Source: an uncultured Alphaproteobacteria bacterium
GTDB lineage: Bacteria; Pseudomonadota; Alphaproteobacteria; Methylaequorales; Methylaequoraceae
Assembly (NCBI GenBank): GCA_902540805.1
Contig: CACBON010000004.1
Location: 25,320 to 89,319 of the forward strand
Reading direction: 5' to 3'
DNA: 64,000 bases
The notes under the pieces are model-generated. The model was given only the letters and a program-made list of their open reading frames with translations. It was not told where the DNA came from and did not search any database. The translations under genes and the position numbers were made by a program. Numbering within the stretch: the stretch's first letter is position 1; every line of letters begins with the position of its first letter. Positions 28,623-39,652 of this stretch are shown one piece after another.

Positions 28623-29818
28623 TTTTCGATTTTGTTCTTAATAATGTCGAAAAATTTATTTGTAGTAATCCATTTTTGCTCTGGACCACACATCAGAGCT
28701 AAATCTTTTGTCATAAAACCGTTATCAATTGTGTCTATGCAAATATTTTCTAAATTTTCAGAGAATTTTAATAAATCAGAGTTATTATCAATGATTGCTC
28801 TTTGATTTAAAGCTCTTGTCCAGGCAAAAATAGAAGCTATAGGATTTGTTGACGTCTGGATGCCTTGCTGGTGTTGTCTAAAATGGCTAGTGATTGTACC
28901 ATGAGCTGCTTCAGACTTTAATATTTTTCCATCTGGACTCTGTAAAACAGAAGACATTAATCCCAATGAGCCAAAGCCTTGAGCAACGAGATCAGACATA
29001 ACGTCACCATCATAATTTTTACATGCCCATATAAATCCTCCACTCCATTTCATAAGACAAGCGACCATATCATCAATCAGTCTATGTTGATAAGTTAAGT
29101 TATTATTTTCAAATTCTTTTTTAAATCTTTTAAACACATCATCAAATATTTGTTTAAAACTTTCATCATATTTTTGCAAAATAGTATTTTTTGTTGATAA
29201 GAATAGAGATACTTTTCTTTTTAAAGCAAAATTAAAACAAGAATTAGCAAAATCATTTATAGACTCAAACACATTGAAATACGCAAGACCAACACCGCTT
29301 GTTTCAAAATTGTGAATCAACTTTACTTCTTTATTTCCTTTTTCATCTTCAAAACAAATTGTAAGTTTGCCTTTTTTATTTACTACTATTTCTTGAGATC
29401 TATAAATATCACCAAATGCATGACGGGCTATGATTACTGGTTGGCTCCAATGATTAACTATTTTTGGAATTTTATTAATCATAATAGGTTCTCGAAAAAT
29501 TGTTCCTTTAAGAATATTCCTTATAGTTCCATTCGGTGAAGGATATTTTTTTTTTAAATTATATTCTCTCACTCTTTTGTCATCAGGGGTGATTGTGGCA
29601 CACTTGAGACCAACATTTATCTTTTTTATCTCAAGAGCAGCGTCAGAAGTAATCTGATCATTTGTTTTATCACGATTGGTAATACTAAGATCAAAATTAA
29701 TAAGCTTTAGATCTAAGTAAGGTAGGATTAATTCATTCTCAATTTTATTCCACAACACTCTTGCCATTTCATCGCCATTGAGATTAACGATTTTATTTTT
29801 TACAACAATTTTTGGCAT
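28619..29818 (-). CDS. icd: NADP-dependent isocitrate dehydrogenase, eukaryote-like (subfamily II) type
   Basis: 399 aa. The N-terminus LNGDEMARVLWNKIENELILPYLDL...NVGLKCATITPD is collinear with the IDH1/IDH2-type enzymes common in alphaproteobacteria. Confidence 0.95.
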   Translation of the reverse strand: MPKIVVKNKIVNLNGDEMARVLWNKIENELILPYLDLKLINFDLSITNRDKTNDQITSDAALEIKKINVGLKCATITPDDKRVREYNLKKKYPSPNGTIRNILKGTIFREPIMINKIPKIVNHWSQPVIIARHAFGDIYRSQEIVVNKKGKLTICFEDEKGNKEVKLIHNFETSGVGLAYFNVFESINDFANSCFNFALKRKVSLFLSTKNTILQKYDESFKQIFDDVFKRFKKEFENNNLTYQHRLIDDMVACLMKWSGGFIWACKNYDGDVMSDLVAQGFGSLGLMSSVLQSPDGKILKSEAAHGTITSHFRQHQQGIQTSTNPIASIFAWTRALNQRAIIDNNSDLLKFSENLENICIDTIDNGFMTKDLALMCGPEQKWITTNKFFDIIKNKIEN

Positions 29819-29962
29819 ATATAATTTAATAAAATTCTACTAAATACTTTAATTTAAAATCCTAAATTCGTTCAGATATATTTTTAATAAATAACTTACA
29901 AAAAAAAAATAAATAACATTGGAAACTAAGAATTACATTATATTATAAATTTATAAACGTTT

Positions 29963-30931
29963 ATGAAAAAAGAATTTACAACATTATCAATCTTATCTGC
30001 AGGTTTAGTCTTATTCTATTTTTTATTTCCTGTCTTACAAGAAAACATTTATAAAGAAGAAATTAATGATGGTAATAGGGAGGATCTAAATTTTGATCAG
30101 ACATCTCAGACAATTCAAAACTATAACACCTCATTCCTAACTTTTGATATTGTAAGGATTTCTAAAACTGGAGATATAGTGATAGCCGGAAAGTCTGAAC
30201 CAAATGAAACCATCGAATTGTTAGATGGAGAAGAGATTATTGCTGAAGTTATTTCTGACGAAAATGGAGAGTGGATATGGGTTAGTGAACTCACTACAAA
30301 GAGTGGAATAAAAAAATTTAAGCTACAATATAAAAATAATCTCAACAAGTCTTCAATTTCTGATCAAACAGTTATTATTTTAGTTGATAATGAATCTAAT
30401 AGTGTTCCCAAAGTCGCTAGAGTTTTTAGTAGTGATGTTGAAAATATCGATATGCTAAATCTTGAAAAACTTAATGATGCCATAACACTTGATTTTTTAA
30501 GTTATTCTCCTAATGGTCTTATTATTCTTTCTGGAAGGACTATCTCCAATACTGAAATTGAAATTCTTAAGTCTGCAGAAGTTCTTGGGAAGACAAAATC
30601 AGACGAAAATGGAGTATGGAAATTTATAATTAAAAAAAATGATTATGCAAACGAAGAAATTTCTATAAAAACAACAATAAATGGAGAAACTCTAATACTT
30701 ACATATGATCAGGCTGAGATTCAGAGAAGATTTAAAAACACAAATTTTGAATTTTATGATGATAGAATCGTTGTTCAAAAAGGGAATAGTCTTTGGAGGA
30801 TTGCTAGAAAAACTTTAGGTGGGGGAATATTCTATACAGAAATTTATAAGAATAATCTAGCAAAAATTAAAAACCCGAACCTAATTTATCCTGGACAAGT
30901 TTTTAATATTCCAATTAAAAGAAATAGATAA
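29963..30931 (+). CDS. Secreted or membrane-anchored LysM peptidoglycan-binding protein
   Basis: N-terminal hydrophobic helix and two internal Ig-like repeats (…GKSEPNETIELLDGEEIIAEVISDENGEWIW / …GRTISNTEIEILKSAEVLGKTKSDENGVWKF). C-terminal LysM segment (VQKGNSLWRIARKTLGGG...IYPGQVFNIP). Confidence 0.75.
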   Translation: MKKEFTTLSILSAGLVLFYFLFPVLQENIYKEEINDGNREDLNFDQTSQTIQNYNTSFLTFDIVRISKTGDIVIAGKSEPNETIELLDGEEIIAEVISDENGEWIWVSELTTKSGIKKFKLQYKNNLNKSSISDQTVIILVDNESNSVPKVARVFSSDVENIDMLNLEKLNDAITLDFLSYSPNGLIILSGRTISNTEIEILKSAEVLGKTKSDENGVWKFIIKKNDYANEEISIKTTINGETLILTYDQAEIQRRFKNTNFEFYDDRIVVQKGNSLWRIARKTLGGGIFYTEIYKNNLAKIKNPNLIYPGQVFNIPIKRNR

Positions 30932-30935
30932 ATAT

Positions 30936-31667
30936 ATGAGTAAACAAAAAGATTTTTTTGATAAATTCAGCGAATTTTTGAAAGATATTGATTTATTAAA
31001 AAGCTTTATTCCTCCAGTTCATAAAGCAGGATACCCTTTTATTATATTGTTTATTGCCGGTACAATAATCTTCTCTATTTTCTCGGATTTCCTAGGATGG
31101 ATGGGTATTATTCTTACAATTTGGTGTGTATATTTTTTTAGAGATCCAGAAAGAGTGACTCCAAAAAAAGATAATATACTCGTTTCACCTGCTGATGGTA
31201 GAATTCTGTCTATTTCAACTGAATTAGCACCAGAAAATCTTACAGAGGACAAAGAAAAAAAAATGAAAAAAATTTCAATTTTTATGAATGTTTTTAATGT
31301 CCATGTAAACAGAATGCCTGTTTCAGGAAAAGTTATATGGCTAAAATATATACCTGGAGCTTTTTTTAATGCTTCATTAGATAAATCGAGTAAAAAAAAT
31401 GAACGAATGATTTCTAAGATTGAAATTAAAAAAGATGTTTACGTCTATGTTGTTCAAATTGCTGGATTAGTAGCCAGGAGAATTAAATGCGAATTAGAAG
31501 AAAATCAGTCGGTGAATATAGGGGATAGATTTGGTATAATTAGATTTGGAAGTAGAGTTGACTTGTATATCCCGGAAAATTTTAAAATCAATTCATTGGA
31601 GAATCAAATTTCTGTGGCTGGAGAAACCATACTTGCAGAGTTCGACAATAAAAATGTAAAAAAGTAA
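30936..31667 (+). CDS. psd: Phosphatidylserine decarboxylase proenzyme
   Basis: 243 aa with an FGSRVD self-cleavage (G-S) site near the C-terminus. Adjacent to pssA. Confidence 0.9.
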   Translation: MSKQKDFFDKFSEFLKDIDLLKSFIPPVHKAGYPFIILFIAGTIIFSIFSDFLGWMGIILTIWCVYFFRDPERVTPKKDNILVSPADGRILSISTELAPENLTEDKEKKMKKISIFMNVFNVHVNRMPVSGKVIWLKYIPGAFFNASLDKSSKKNERMISKIEIKKDVYVYVVQIAGLVARRIKCELEENQSVNIGDRFGIIRFGSRVDLYIPENFKINSLENQISVAGETILAEFDNKNVKK

Positions 31668-31670
31668 AAA

Positions 31671-32387
31671 ATGAAAAAACTGCCTTTAAGAAGTTTGATA
31701 CCGAATTTATTTACTTTTATTTCTTTAACTCTTGGTCTTACCGCAATCAAATTTGCAATTGACGAAAAATGGCAGATTTCAGTTTCACTGATCGTTTTTG
31801 CTTCATTTTTAGATAATATTGATGGAAAATTAGCTCGTTTACTTAAAACTAATTCAGATTTTGGAGTTGAGTTAGATTCATTATCAGATTTTATAAGTTT
31901 TGGAATTGCTCCAGCTATTGTTGTTTATCTTTGGTCCAAGTCTGTGTTCATGGAAAGTAATTGGGCCGTTGTAATTTTTTATGCAATTTGTTCTTCCTCC
32001 AGACTTGCGAAATTTAACCTTTCAAATTTTGAAGATACAAATGACTTAAAAAAAATAAAATTCTTCTCTGGAGTTTCAACTCCTGCTGCAGCAGGACTAA
32101 CACTTCTTCCTTTGATGTTTTTTTTTAGGTTTAATACTCCACTTGAAGCAAATGAGTTTATAATGAAGTTTTATTTATTTATTCCAGCAATATTAATGAT
32201 AACTAACGTTCCTACTTACTCACTTAAAGGTATAAAGTTTGAAAAAAAGATTATATCCCTAATAATTATTTTGTTGGCAAGTTTTCTATCTCTTTTACTT
32301 ACTGACTTTTGGTTAGCAATGATCATTTTAATTATCGTTTATTTTCTGAGCATTCCATTTGCAATAATTGACTTCAAAAAGACCTAA
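31671..32387 (+). CDS. pssA: CDP-diacylglycerol--serine O-phosphatidyltransferase
   Basis: CDP-alcohol phosphotransferase motif DGKLARLLKTNSDFGVELDSLSD in a polytopic membrane protein. Confidence 0.9.
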   Translation: MKKLPLRSLIPNLFTFISLTLGLTAIKFAIDEKWQISVSLIVFASFLDNIDGKLARLLKTNSDFGVELDSLSDFISFGIAPAIVVYLWSKSVFMESNWAVVIFYAICSSSRLAKFNLSNFEDTNDLKKIKFFSGVSTPAAAGLTLLPLMFFFRFNTPLEANEFIMKFYLFIPAILMITNVPTYSLKGIKFEKKIISLIIILLASFLSLLLTDFWLAMIILIIVYFLSIPFAIIDFKKT

Positions 32388-35300
32388 ATATCTTTGATTT
32401 TTCTCCTACATAAATCAAGCATGGTGTAATAATCAAAGTTAAAATAAATGAAAACATTACTCCGGAAACCATGGCATTTGATAACTGAATCCACCACTGG
32501 GAACTCGGACTGCCAAAGTTAACCTCAGTATCTATAAAATTTATGTTTAGTCCAATGGCCATAGGAATTAGTCCAAAAAAAGTTGTAAGAGTGGTCAACA
32601 AAACTGGTCTCAGTCTTTGGGCTCCTGTTCTAATTATAGCTTCACGAACACTTTCACCTTTTTTTCTCAAACTTTTATATGTATTTAGTAAAACTATATT
32701 ATTATTGACTACAATACCAGCTAAAGCAATAACTCCAATTCCACTCATAACAATTCCAAAGGGTTTATTTGTTAAAATTAATCCTATCATTACACCAATA
32801 GTTGAGAAGATTATTGCAGTTAAGATAATCAAACAATAATAGAAACTATTAAAAGTTGCAATTAAGATAATTGTTATTAGGAAAACTGAAATAAAAAAAG
32901 CCTTAATTAGAAATTCTTTTGCTTCTCTTTGGTCTTGCTCTTGACCTATAAAAATAATTTTCGATTCAAAAGAGTCTTTGTTATTAAATAACCATGATTT
33001 AATTTCTTTAACTTTATTGTTGCTAACAATTCCTTCTTTTACATCAAACCTTATTGTTTTTGAATTGCTATTTGAGTATCTGGTTATTTTTCCAATTTTT
33101 TTTTTGGGAATCCTTTTAACAAATAAACTTAGAGATACAGCCCCTTTTTTTCCTTCAATAAGTATTTGATCTAGTTCGTCCAAAGTTCTAAAAGGTTTAT
33201 CATATTTTACAACGATGTCTATTTCTTCATCGCTATCCTCAGGCATAAATTCAGTTACTTTTAAACCGTGTGTTAACATTTGTATTGCATCTCCAACTGT
33301 TTGAATATCTACACCATGTTTATCTGCCTGTTCTCTATCAATAATTAATTCCCATTCAATGCCAGGGTTGTTGATATCCGAATCAATGTTTTTTATCCAT
33401 GTTTTTTGTTTTAGAAAATTTAAAAGACTTTGTGAATCAGAATTTAAACTTTTTAATTCAGTATTTAATATCTTTATTTCAACATCTCTGTCTTTTGGGG
33501 GACCATCTTTTTTTTCAATAAATTCTATATAGATTCCTGGAAAATTTTTAGTTTGTATTTTTAAATCATTTAAAATTTGATTTGCTTTGGGTCTTTTTTT
33601 CCAATTTATTAATTCTACTTTAATGCTTCCGATAACGTCTTCAGATTCACTTCTTTTTTGACCCTTTACAGTTCCGCTTCTTGAGTAAAGATTCCTTATG
33701 TATTGATTTTCGATAATTTTATTCTCAACTTTTCTTAAAATTTTATCTTTCTCGATTGGTGAATAATTACCTCTAGCATGAACAATAATTTCAGCATAAT
33801 CAGGTTCTATCGGTGGAAAATATTCTACTCCTTTTCCATATCTCAAGTATAAAAATTGTGTAAAAACTAAAAAAACTAATGTCAATGTTATTAGTTTTTT
33901 TGGGTTATTCAGTGAATATCTAATAAGCTTTATATACTTTGCCTGCAAACCTGTAATTTTATTAAGATCTCCACTTTCTAAAAGAGTCAGATTTTTTAAA
34001 TTTTGTTGGTTTAAAGATTTATCAAAGCCAAAAATTCCACCAATGGTTGGGATAAAAATTAATGCCATTAGCAATGAAGAAGAAAGAACTGCCAATAATG
34101 TTACTGGAAGAAAAAACATAAATTCTCCTGCAACACCTGGCCAAAATATTAGTGGAAAGAAAGCTGCCAAGGTTGTTAGTGTTGACGCTAGAACAGGTAT
34201 AAACATCTTTTTTGCTGATAATATAAAGACTTTTCTCTTATCAATCCCTTCACTTGCCCTTCTATTAGCATATTCTACAACAATAATTGCTCCATCTATT
34301 AAAATACCAACTGAAAGAATTAACGCAAAAAGAACTACAACATTAATTGTTACGTTAAAAAAAGATAGAATAATCATCGATAATAAAAATGATGAAGGAA
34401 TAGAAACACTAACTAAAAAAGCTGATTTCCAGCCCATAAAAAGAATAATAATCACCAAGACAATCAAAGTCGCCAGTATTACATTATTTTCTAGATCTTT
34501 TATTTGAGTTTTAATTTTTTCTGATTCATCTTGAAAAATCTCAATATCTAAAGCTTTAGGGATAATTTTTTTTTCATTTATAATTAATTCTTTAATTTTG
34601 TTAATTGTCTCAATTATGTTTTCGCCAGTTCTTTTTGAAATCTCTAGAATTATTGCATTTTGTCCGTTATTCCTTGCGAAACCTAATTTATCTTTGAAGG
34701 AGTCCCTAATCTCTGCCACGTCTTTGAGAGTTACGACAGAATCTTTGTTTGATTTTATTGGAATATTTAAAAGATCTACTCTATTTTCTATTAAACTTGG
34801 AATTTTTAAATTGAAACTCCCTTTATCATTACTCAATGTTCCTGCTGGAATCATGAGATTACTTTTTGCTATGGATGCAAGAACATCTTTATTGGTAAGT
34901 CCGTAATTTTTAACAATATCAGGGTTCACGATTATTTTAACTTCTCGATCACTTTCTCCAAGTGTAGTTACTTCTAAAACCTCTGAAAAACTTTCAATTT
35001 TTTTTTTTAAATATTTGGAATACTTCTGGATAACTCTATCTTCTAAATTTCCAGAAATTGCAACTGCCAAAACTGGGAATCGTGATAAATTTACTTCAGT
35101 TGCACGAGGTTCTTCTGTCTCATCCGGAAGTTTATTTTTTGTTATATCAATTTTTACTCTTGTATCAGAAAGTGCTTTATTTGAGTTGAATCCTGCATCA
35201 AATTCTAAGACTATATTTCCACCACCTAAATAAGCTGTTGATGAAATTTTTTTTACACCTTCAATGTTTTTAAGTTCTCTTTCAAATGGTTTTATTAGTA

Positions 35301-35478
35301 GACGCTCAGAATCTTTTGGTGAAATACCTTTATGAGATAAAGAAATATATATTATTGGAAGACTAATATCTGGATCTGATTCTTTAGGAAGAGAAATATA
35401 TTTATACATTCCAAAAGTAATAAAGAAAAATAAAAAAGTTAATATTAATTTTCTCTGAGAAAGTAAGTTTTCAATCAT
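32374..35478 (-). CDS. RND-family efflux transporter, inner-membrane permease (AcrB/AcrD/AcrF family)
   Basis: 1034 aa with the 12-TM, two-large-loop architecture typical of RND pumps. Overlaps its MFP gene by 8 nt. Confidence 0.9.
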   Translation of the reverse strand: MIENLLSQRKLILTFLFFFITFGMYKYISLPKESDPDISLPIIYISLSHKGISPKDSERLLIKPFERELKNIEGVKKISSTAYLGGGNIVLEFDAGFNSNKALSDTRVKIDITKNKLPDETEEPRATEVNLSRFPVLAVAISGNLEDRVIQKYSKYLKKKIESFSEVLEVTTLGESDREVKIIVNPDIVKNYGLTNKDVLASIAKSNLMIPAGTLSNDKGSFNLKIPSLIENRVDLLNIPIKSNKDSVVTLKDVAEIRDSFKDKLGFARNNGQNAIILEISKRTGENIIETINKIKELIINEKKIIPKALDIEIFQDESEKIKTQIKDLENNVILATLIVLVIIILFMGWKSAFLVSVSIPSSFLLSMIILSFFNVTINVVVLFALILSVGILIDGAIIVVEYANRRASEGIDKRKVFILSAKKMFIPVLASTLTTLAAFFPLIFWPGVAGEFMFFLPVTLLAVLSSSLLMALIFIPTIGGIFGFDKSLNQQNLKNLTLLESGDLNKITGLQAKYIKLIRYSLNNPKKLITLTLVFLVFTQFLYLRYGKGVEYFPPIEPDYAEIIVHARGNYSPIEKDKILRKVENKIIENQYIRNLYSRSGTVKGQKRSESEDVIGSIKVELINWKKRPKANQILNDLKIQTKNFPGIYIEFIEKKDGPPKDRDVEIKILNTELKSLNSDSQSLLNFLKQKTWIKNIDSDINNPGIEWELIIDREQADKHGVDIQTVGDAIQMLTHGLKVTEFMPEDSDEEIDIVVKYDKPFRTLDELDQILIEGKKGAVSLSLFVKRIPKKKIGKITRYSNSNSKTIRFDVKEGIVSNNKVKEIKSWLFNNKDSFESKIIFIGQEQDQREAKEFLIKAFFISVFLITIILIATFNSFYYCLIILTAIIFSTIGVMIGLILTNKPFGIVMSGIGVIALAGIVVNNNIVLLNTYKSLRKKGESVREAIIRTGAQRLRPVLLTTLTTFFGLIPMAIGLNINFIDTEVNFGSPSSQWWIQLSNAMVSGVMFSFILTLIITPCLIYVGEKSKIFRSF

Positions 35479-36511
35479 TTTTAATTATTTCAACTTGTTC
35501 ACCGTCGACTGTGAAGTCTTGTCCCTGTATAATTATATCAATAAACTCTTTTGTTTTAAGTTCTTTTGAATTGATCCAATATCCATTGCCAGTATCACTT
35601 ACAATTTTAATAGGAATGAATTTAACCTTGTTATCTAAAATAATTTTTACACCAATTTTTCCTGCATTATTGAGTGTTACTAAAGATGAAGGTATAAAAT
35701 AAGCTTCTGTTGCAGGGCCAAGTATTTGTATTTCGCTTGTTAGTCCACTGAGTATTTTATAATCTTCGTTTTTAACCTCAACTTGTATTTTGAAGCTTCT
35801 TGTATTTGGATCTGATGTTTTGGAAATATAATTAACCATCCCATCAAAAAAAATATCACCAATTTTTACACGAGCATTCTGGTTGATGCGTATATTATTA
35901 ATTTCTTTTTCATTGGCTGTAGAGCTCACAAAAATTGGATCCAAATCAACTACCTTAGCAATGGAATCACCTTTTTTTAAATAATCACCTAGTTCTACAT
36001 AACTATCTTCTATTGTACTATCAAAGGGCATAGATACTTTAGTATTATTTAGAGCAACCTGACTCTTTTCAAAGAGAGCAAGCGCGTTTTCAAAATTAGT
36101 AAGTGATTGACTTAATTTTACCTCTGATCTAAACCCTTTTTTAAATAAACTTTCTGCTACTTCGTATTCTTTTTTTCTTTGATTGAGTAAAGCTTCCATC
36201 TCTTTAACTTTTGCTACTTTATCTTCTGGATCGATTAATAGAATTTGTGTTCCTGCTTTATAAAAATTTCCTTTATCAAATTGTTTCGTGCTTATTCTCC
36301 CATCTACTTGAGCTTTAAGGATAACAGTTCTGGAAGCTTCACTAAATCCTCTAAGTTTTATTTTTTTTGAAAATTTAGATTTTTTAAAAATTTTAACTTC
36401 AACTTGTTTTTTTTTTTCAATGTTTTGAATTGAGTCCACTTCTTCCTCTTTTTTTAAAAAGAGAAAAACCGAACCTAGTGAGAACAAAATAATTAATGCA
36501 GTTATCTTCAT
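35471..36511 (-). CDS. RND efflux membrane fusion (periplasmic adaptor) protein
   Basis: 346 aa with an N-terminal anchor and HlyD/AcrA-like lipoyl, coiled-coil and beta-barrel order. Lies directly upstream of the RND permease. No outer-membrane factor gene is adjacent. Confidence 0.85.
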   Translation of the reverse strand: MKITALIILFSLGSVFLFLKKEEEVDSIQNIEKKKQVEVKIFKKSKFSKKIKLRGFSEASRTVILKAQVDGRISTKQFDKGNFYKAGTQILLIDPEDKVAKVKEMEALLNQRKKEYEVAESLFKKGFRSEVKLSQSLTNFENALALFEKSQVALNNTKVSMPFDSTIEDSYVELGDYLKKGDSIAKVVDLDPIFVSSTANEKEINNIRINQNARVKIGDIFFDGMVNYISKTSDPNTRSFKIQVEVKNEDYKILSGLTSEIQILGPATEAYFIPSSLVTLNNAGKIGVKIILDNKVKFIPIKIVSDTGNGYWINSKELKTKEFIDIIIQGQDFTVDGEQVEIIKND

Positions 36512-36591
36512 TGTTTCTTTGAAATTAAAATACGAATTTGATTAAATAATTAATTATTAATAAAATAAAGTCTAACAAATAAATTAAAAAA

Positions 36592-37518
36592 TTGAAAAAT
36601 TTAATCTTTGCGGCAATAGATATTGGAAGTTACAACTGTAGATTAACAATTGTAAAAAAAATTAAGGACAATTTTAAAATAATCCATAACTTTTCTTACG
36701 CAACTAATTTAATAAGAAACTTAACTTTTAATAATGAATTTACAGACAAGAATATATATAAAACTCTTAAGTGTTTAAAAAAAATTTCAGAAAAACTTTT
36801 GAAATTTAAAGTCAATCACTACAGATGTATTGCTACTGAAGCCTGTAGACAGGTCATAAATCCTGAATTTTTTATTAAAAAGGTAAAAAAAGAAACTGGA
36901 ATTTCTGTCGAGGTTATTTCATCATATGAGGAAGCAAAATTAAGTTTAAAAAGTTGTCAAAAATATTTTACTAAAATTAAAAATCGAGGAATAATTTTTG
37001 ATATTGGCGGCGGCAGTACGGAATTAACATTTTTTGATTTTAAAAAAAAAATTTTTCATTCTAAATCAATTTCATACGGAGTAATTAATCTATCAGAAAA
37101 AGAAGATATATTTGGAAAGGAGGTTGTTATAAAGCAACTTAAAGACCATTTTAATTTTTTTAAAAATACTCTCCTAAATTTATTTGATTATGAATTTGTG
37201 TCCATTGGATCATGCAGCACAATTACAACTTTATGTGCTATTCATAAAAAATTGGATTTTTTTGATTTAAATAAAATTGAAGGTCATTTAATGAATAAGA
37301 ATCAAATCATGGACTCAATTGATTTTATAAATAATCTAGAGCTAACAGATTTAAAAAAAATGTCATGCGTTGGTTCAAGGTATAAACTGTTGATAAATGG
37401 GATTGTAATTCTAAAAATAATATTAGATATCTTTCCAATTAACAAAGTAATAGCTTCTCAAAATGGTTTGAGAGAAGGAATGTTGCGTGAGTTACTTTTA
37501 GCACATGAAAAAAATTAA
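36592..37518 (+). CDS. Ppx/GppA-family phosphatase (short, two-domain form)
   Basis: TTG start. AAIDIGSYNCRL and DIGGGSTEL ASKHA-fold phosphate motifs. At 308 aa it lacks the C-terminal HD-like domains. Confidence 0.8.
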   Translation: MKNLIFAAIDIGSYNCRLTIVKKIKDNFKIIHNFSYATNLIRNLTFNNEFTDKNIYKTLKCLKKISEKLLKFKVNHYRCIATEACRQVINPEFFIKKVKKETGISVEVISSYEEAKLSLKSCQKYFTKIKNRGIIFDIGGGSTELTFFDFKKKIFHSKSISYGVINLSEKEDIFGKEVVIKQLKDHFNFFKNTLLNLFDYEFVSIGSCSTITTLCAIHKKLDFFDLNKIEGHLMNKNQIMDSIDFINNLELTDLKKMSCVGSRYKLLINGIVILKIILDIFPINKVIASQNGLREGMLRELLLAHEKN

Positions 37519-38140
37519 ATTAAAAAAAAAAAATATTAGCTCAAATAGTTCTAGATGGCTTCAAAGACATTTGAATGATGAATTTGTAATTAAATCAAAA
37601 ATTGAAGGTTACAGATCTAGGTCTTCTTATAAATTAATTGAAATTGAAAAAAAATTTAATTTTCTAAAAAACTCACAAAATATTTTAGACCTTGGATGCG
37701 CTCCAGGTGGATGGCTCCAAGTTGCAAAAAAATTTGGACCAAAAAATGCCAAAATAGTTGGAATTGATTTATTAAAGATTGAAAAAATAGATAATGTAGT
37801 GACAATCGAAAAAAATATATTTGATGAAGATACAGAAGAAATAATCCAAAAAAATTTTACGAATAAAGTTGAACTTTTGATGAGTGATATGTCCCCTAAC
37901 TCATCTGGTAACAAAAAAATTGATCATTTGAGAATTGTCTCACTGATAGAAAGAGTTTTAGAAATAACAAAAGTGGTCCTCAAACCAAAAGGTTTTTTAA
38001 TTTCTAAAATTTTTCAAGGTGGTGCGCAAGGAGATCTTATTTTCAAAATGAAAAAAGATCTTAGTGATATTAAATATTTCAAACCGAGAGCTTCCAGAAA
38101 AGAGTCATCTGAAACCTATTTAATAGCAAAAAAAAATTAA
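37505..38140 (+). CDS. rlmE: 23S rRNA (uridine2552-2'-O)-methyltransferase
   Basis: WLQRHLND..., RSRSSYKLIEI, DLGCAPGGW and SDMSPNSSG blocks match FtsJ/RlmE. Confidence 0.9.
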   Translation: MKKIKLKKKNISSNSSRWLQRHLNDEFVIKSKIEGYRSRSSYKLIEIEKKFNFLKNSQNILDLGCAPGGWLQVAKKFGPKNAKIVGIDLLKIEKIDNVVTIEKNIFDEDTEEIIQKNFTNKVELLMSDMSPNSSGNKKIDHLRIVSLIERVLEITKVVLKPKGFLISKIFQGGAQGDLIFKMKKDLSDIKYFKPRASRKESSETYLIAKKN

Positions 38141-38182
38141 TTATTTTGTTTAAAATTTTACAAGATTAGATTAAATTGTTTT

Positions 38183-39652
38183 ATGAAGTATTTAACAGAA
38201 GCTCTTACTTTTGATGATGTTCTCATTGTACCAGCAAAATCATCAATCAGACCGTCTGAAGCTAACATTTCAACCAAGTTAACAAAGAATATAAAACTCA
38301 ATGTTCCTTTAATTTCAGCAGCTATGGATACTGTGACGGAATCCAATCTAGCTATTAAAATAGCGCAGATGGGTGGACTCGGAATCATTCATAAAAATCT
38401 AAATTTTGTTGATCAAGCTTTGGAGGTATCGAAAGTAAAAAGGTTTGAATCTGGGATGGTAATAAATCCAGTAACGATTTCACCTGACGAGACTCTAAAT
38501 AATGTTTTAAAAAAAAAAGAAAAATATAATATTTCCGGAATTCCTGTTGTAGATAATAAATCACAGAAGTTAGTTGGTATACTGACTAATAGAGACATGC
38601 GATTCGCAAAGAATCTTCAGCAGAAAGTAAGTACTTTAATGACAAAAAATAATTTAGTAACTGTCTCTGAAGATATTTCTATGGATAATGCACAAAAACT
38701 TTTACATGAACATAGAATTGAAAAGTTATTAGTAGTAGATAAAAATTTTAAATGTGTGGGTTTAATAACGGTTAAAGACATTGAAAAGGCAGAACAATTT
38801 CCTTTTGCCTCAAAAGATAAGATGGGAAGACTACTAGTTGGAGCGGCTGTTGGTGTTGGAGAGAGCGAAGGCATAAACAGGATTAGAACCCTGGAAAAGG
38901 CTGGTGTTGATGTTATAGTAATTGACACCGCTCACGGTCACTCTGAAAATGTATTGGAAACACTAAAAATTTCTAAAAAAGAATTCCCGAAACTACCTGT
39001 TGTTGTTGGCAACATAGCTACAGCGGAAGCAGCGAAAGAACTAATACAAAATGGCGCTGACGCTTTAAAAGTTGGAATTGGTCCGGGCTCTATTTGTACA
39101 ACAAGAATTATTGCAGGTGTTGGTGTGCCTCAGTTGCATGCAATTTCCGAAACGTTTAAAATAGCAAAAAAAAATAATATACCTATTATTTCAGATGGTG
39201 GCATAAAATATTCAGGTGATATCGCTAAAGCAATAGCATTTGGTGCTGATGTGGTTATGATAGGTTCATTATTTGCTGGAACAGACGAGTCACCAGGAGA
39301 AATATTTCTATCAAACGGAAGAACATACAAATCATACAGGGGTATGGGCTCACTGGGTGCTATGGGAAGCGGTTCAGCAGATAGATATTTTCAAGAGGAA
39401 ATAATAAATGATGATAAGTTTGTTCCAGAAGGAGTGGAGGGAAGGGTTCCATATAGAGGAAGTGTTGTTAAAATAATTGAACAACTGATCGGAGGTTTAA
39501 AAGCTTCGATGGGTTACACTGGTAATAAAACTATTAAAGATTTTAAAAATAAAACAAAAGTTATAAAAATTACCTCAGCAGGTCTTAATGAAAGTCACGT
39601 ACACAGTATTTCAATAACAAGGGAATCTCCAAATTATCAGCTTAACAAATGA
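38183..39652 (+). CDS. guaB: Inosine-5'-monophosphate dehydrogenase
   Basis: 489 aa with a CBS pair insert, catalytic [11 protein letters not shown] loop and GGIKYSGDI block. Confidence 0.98.
   Translation: MKYLTEALTFDDVLIVPAKSSIRPSEANISTKLTKNIKLNVPLISAAMDTVTESNLAIKIAQMGGLGIIHKNLNFVDQALEVSKVKRFESGMVINPVTISPDETLNNVLKKKEKYNISGIPVVDNKSQKLVGILTNRDMRFAKNLQQKVSTLMTKNNLVTVSEDISMDNAQKLLHEHRIEKLLVVDKNFKCVGLITVKDIEKAEQFPFASKDKMGRLLVGAAVGVGESEGINRIRTLEKAGVDVIVIDTAHGHSENVLETLKISKKEFPKLPVVVGNIATAEAAKELIQNGADALKVGIGPGSICTTRIIAGVGVPQLHAISETFKIAKKNNIPIISDGGIKYSGDIAKAIAFGADVVMIGSLFAGTDESPGEIFLSNGRTYKSYRGMGSLGAMGSGSADRYFQEEIINDDKFVPEGVEGRVPYRGSVVKIIEQLIGGLKASMGYTGNKTIKDFKNKTKVIKITSAGLNESHVHSISITRESPNYQLNK

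Noticed and set aside
32543-35233. Antisense ORFs within the RND permease, including a 154-aa one (34043..34507)
   Set aside because: They are the mirror image of a hydrophobic membrane-protein gene. The length is explained by the stop-codon-poor antisense frame, and no independent evidence supports them.
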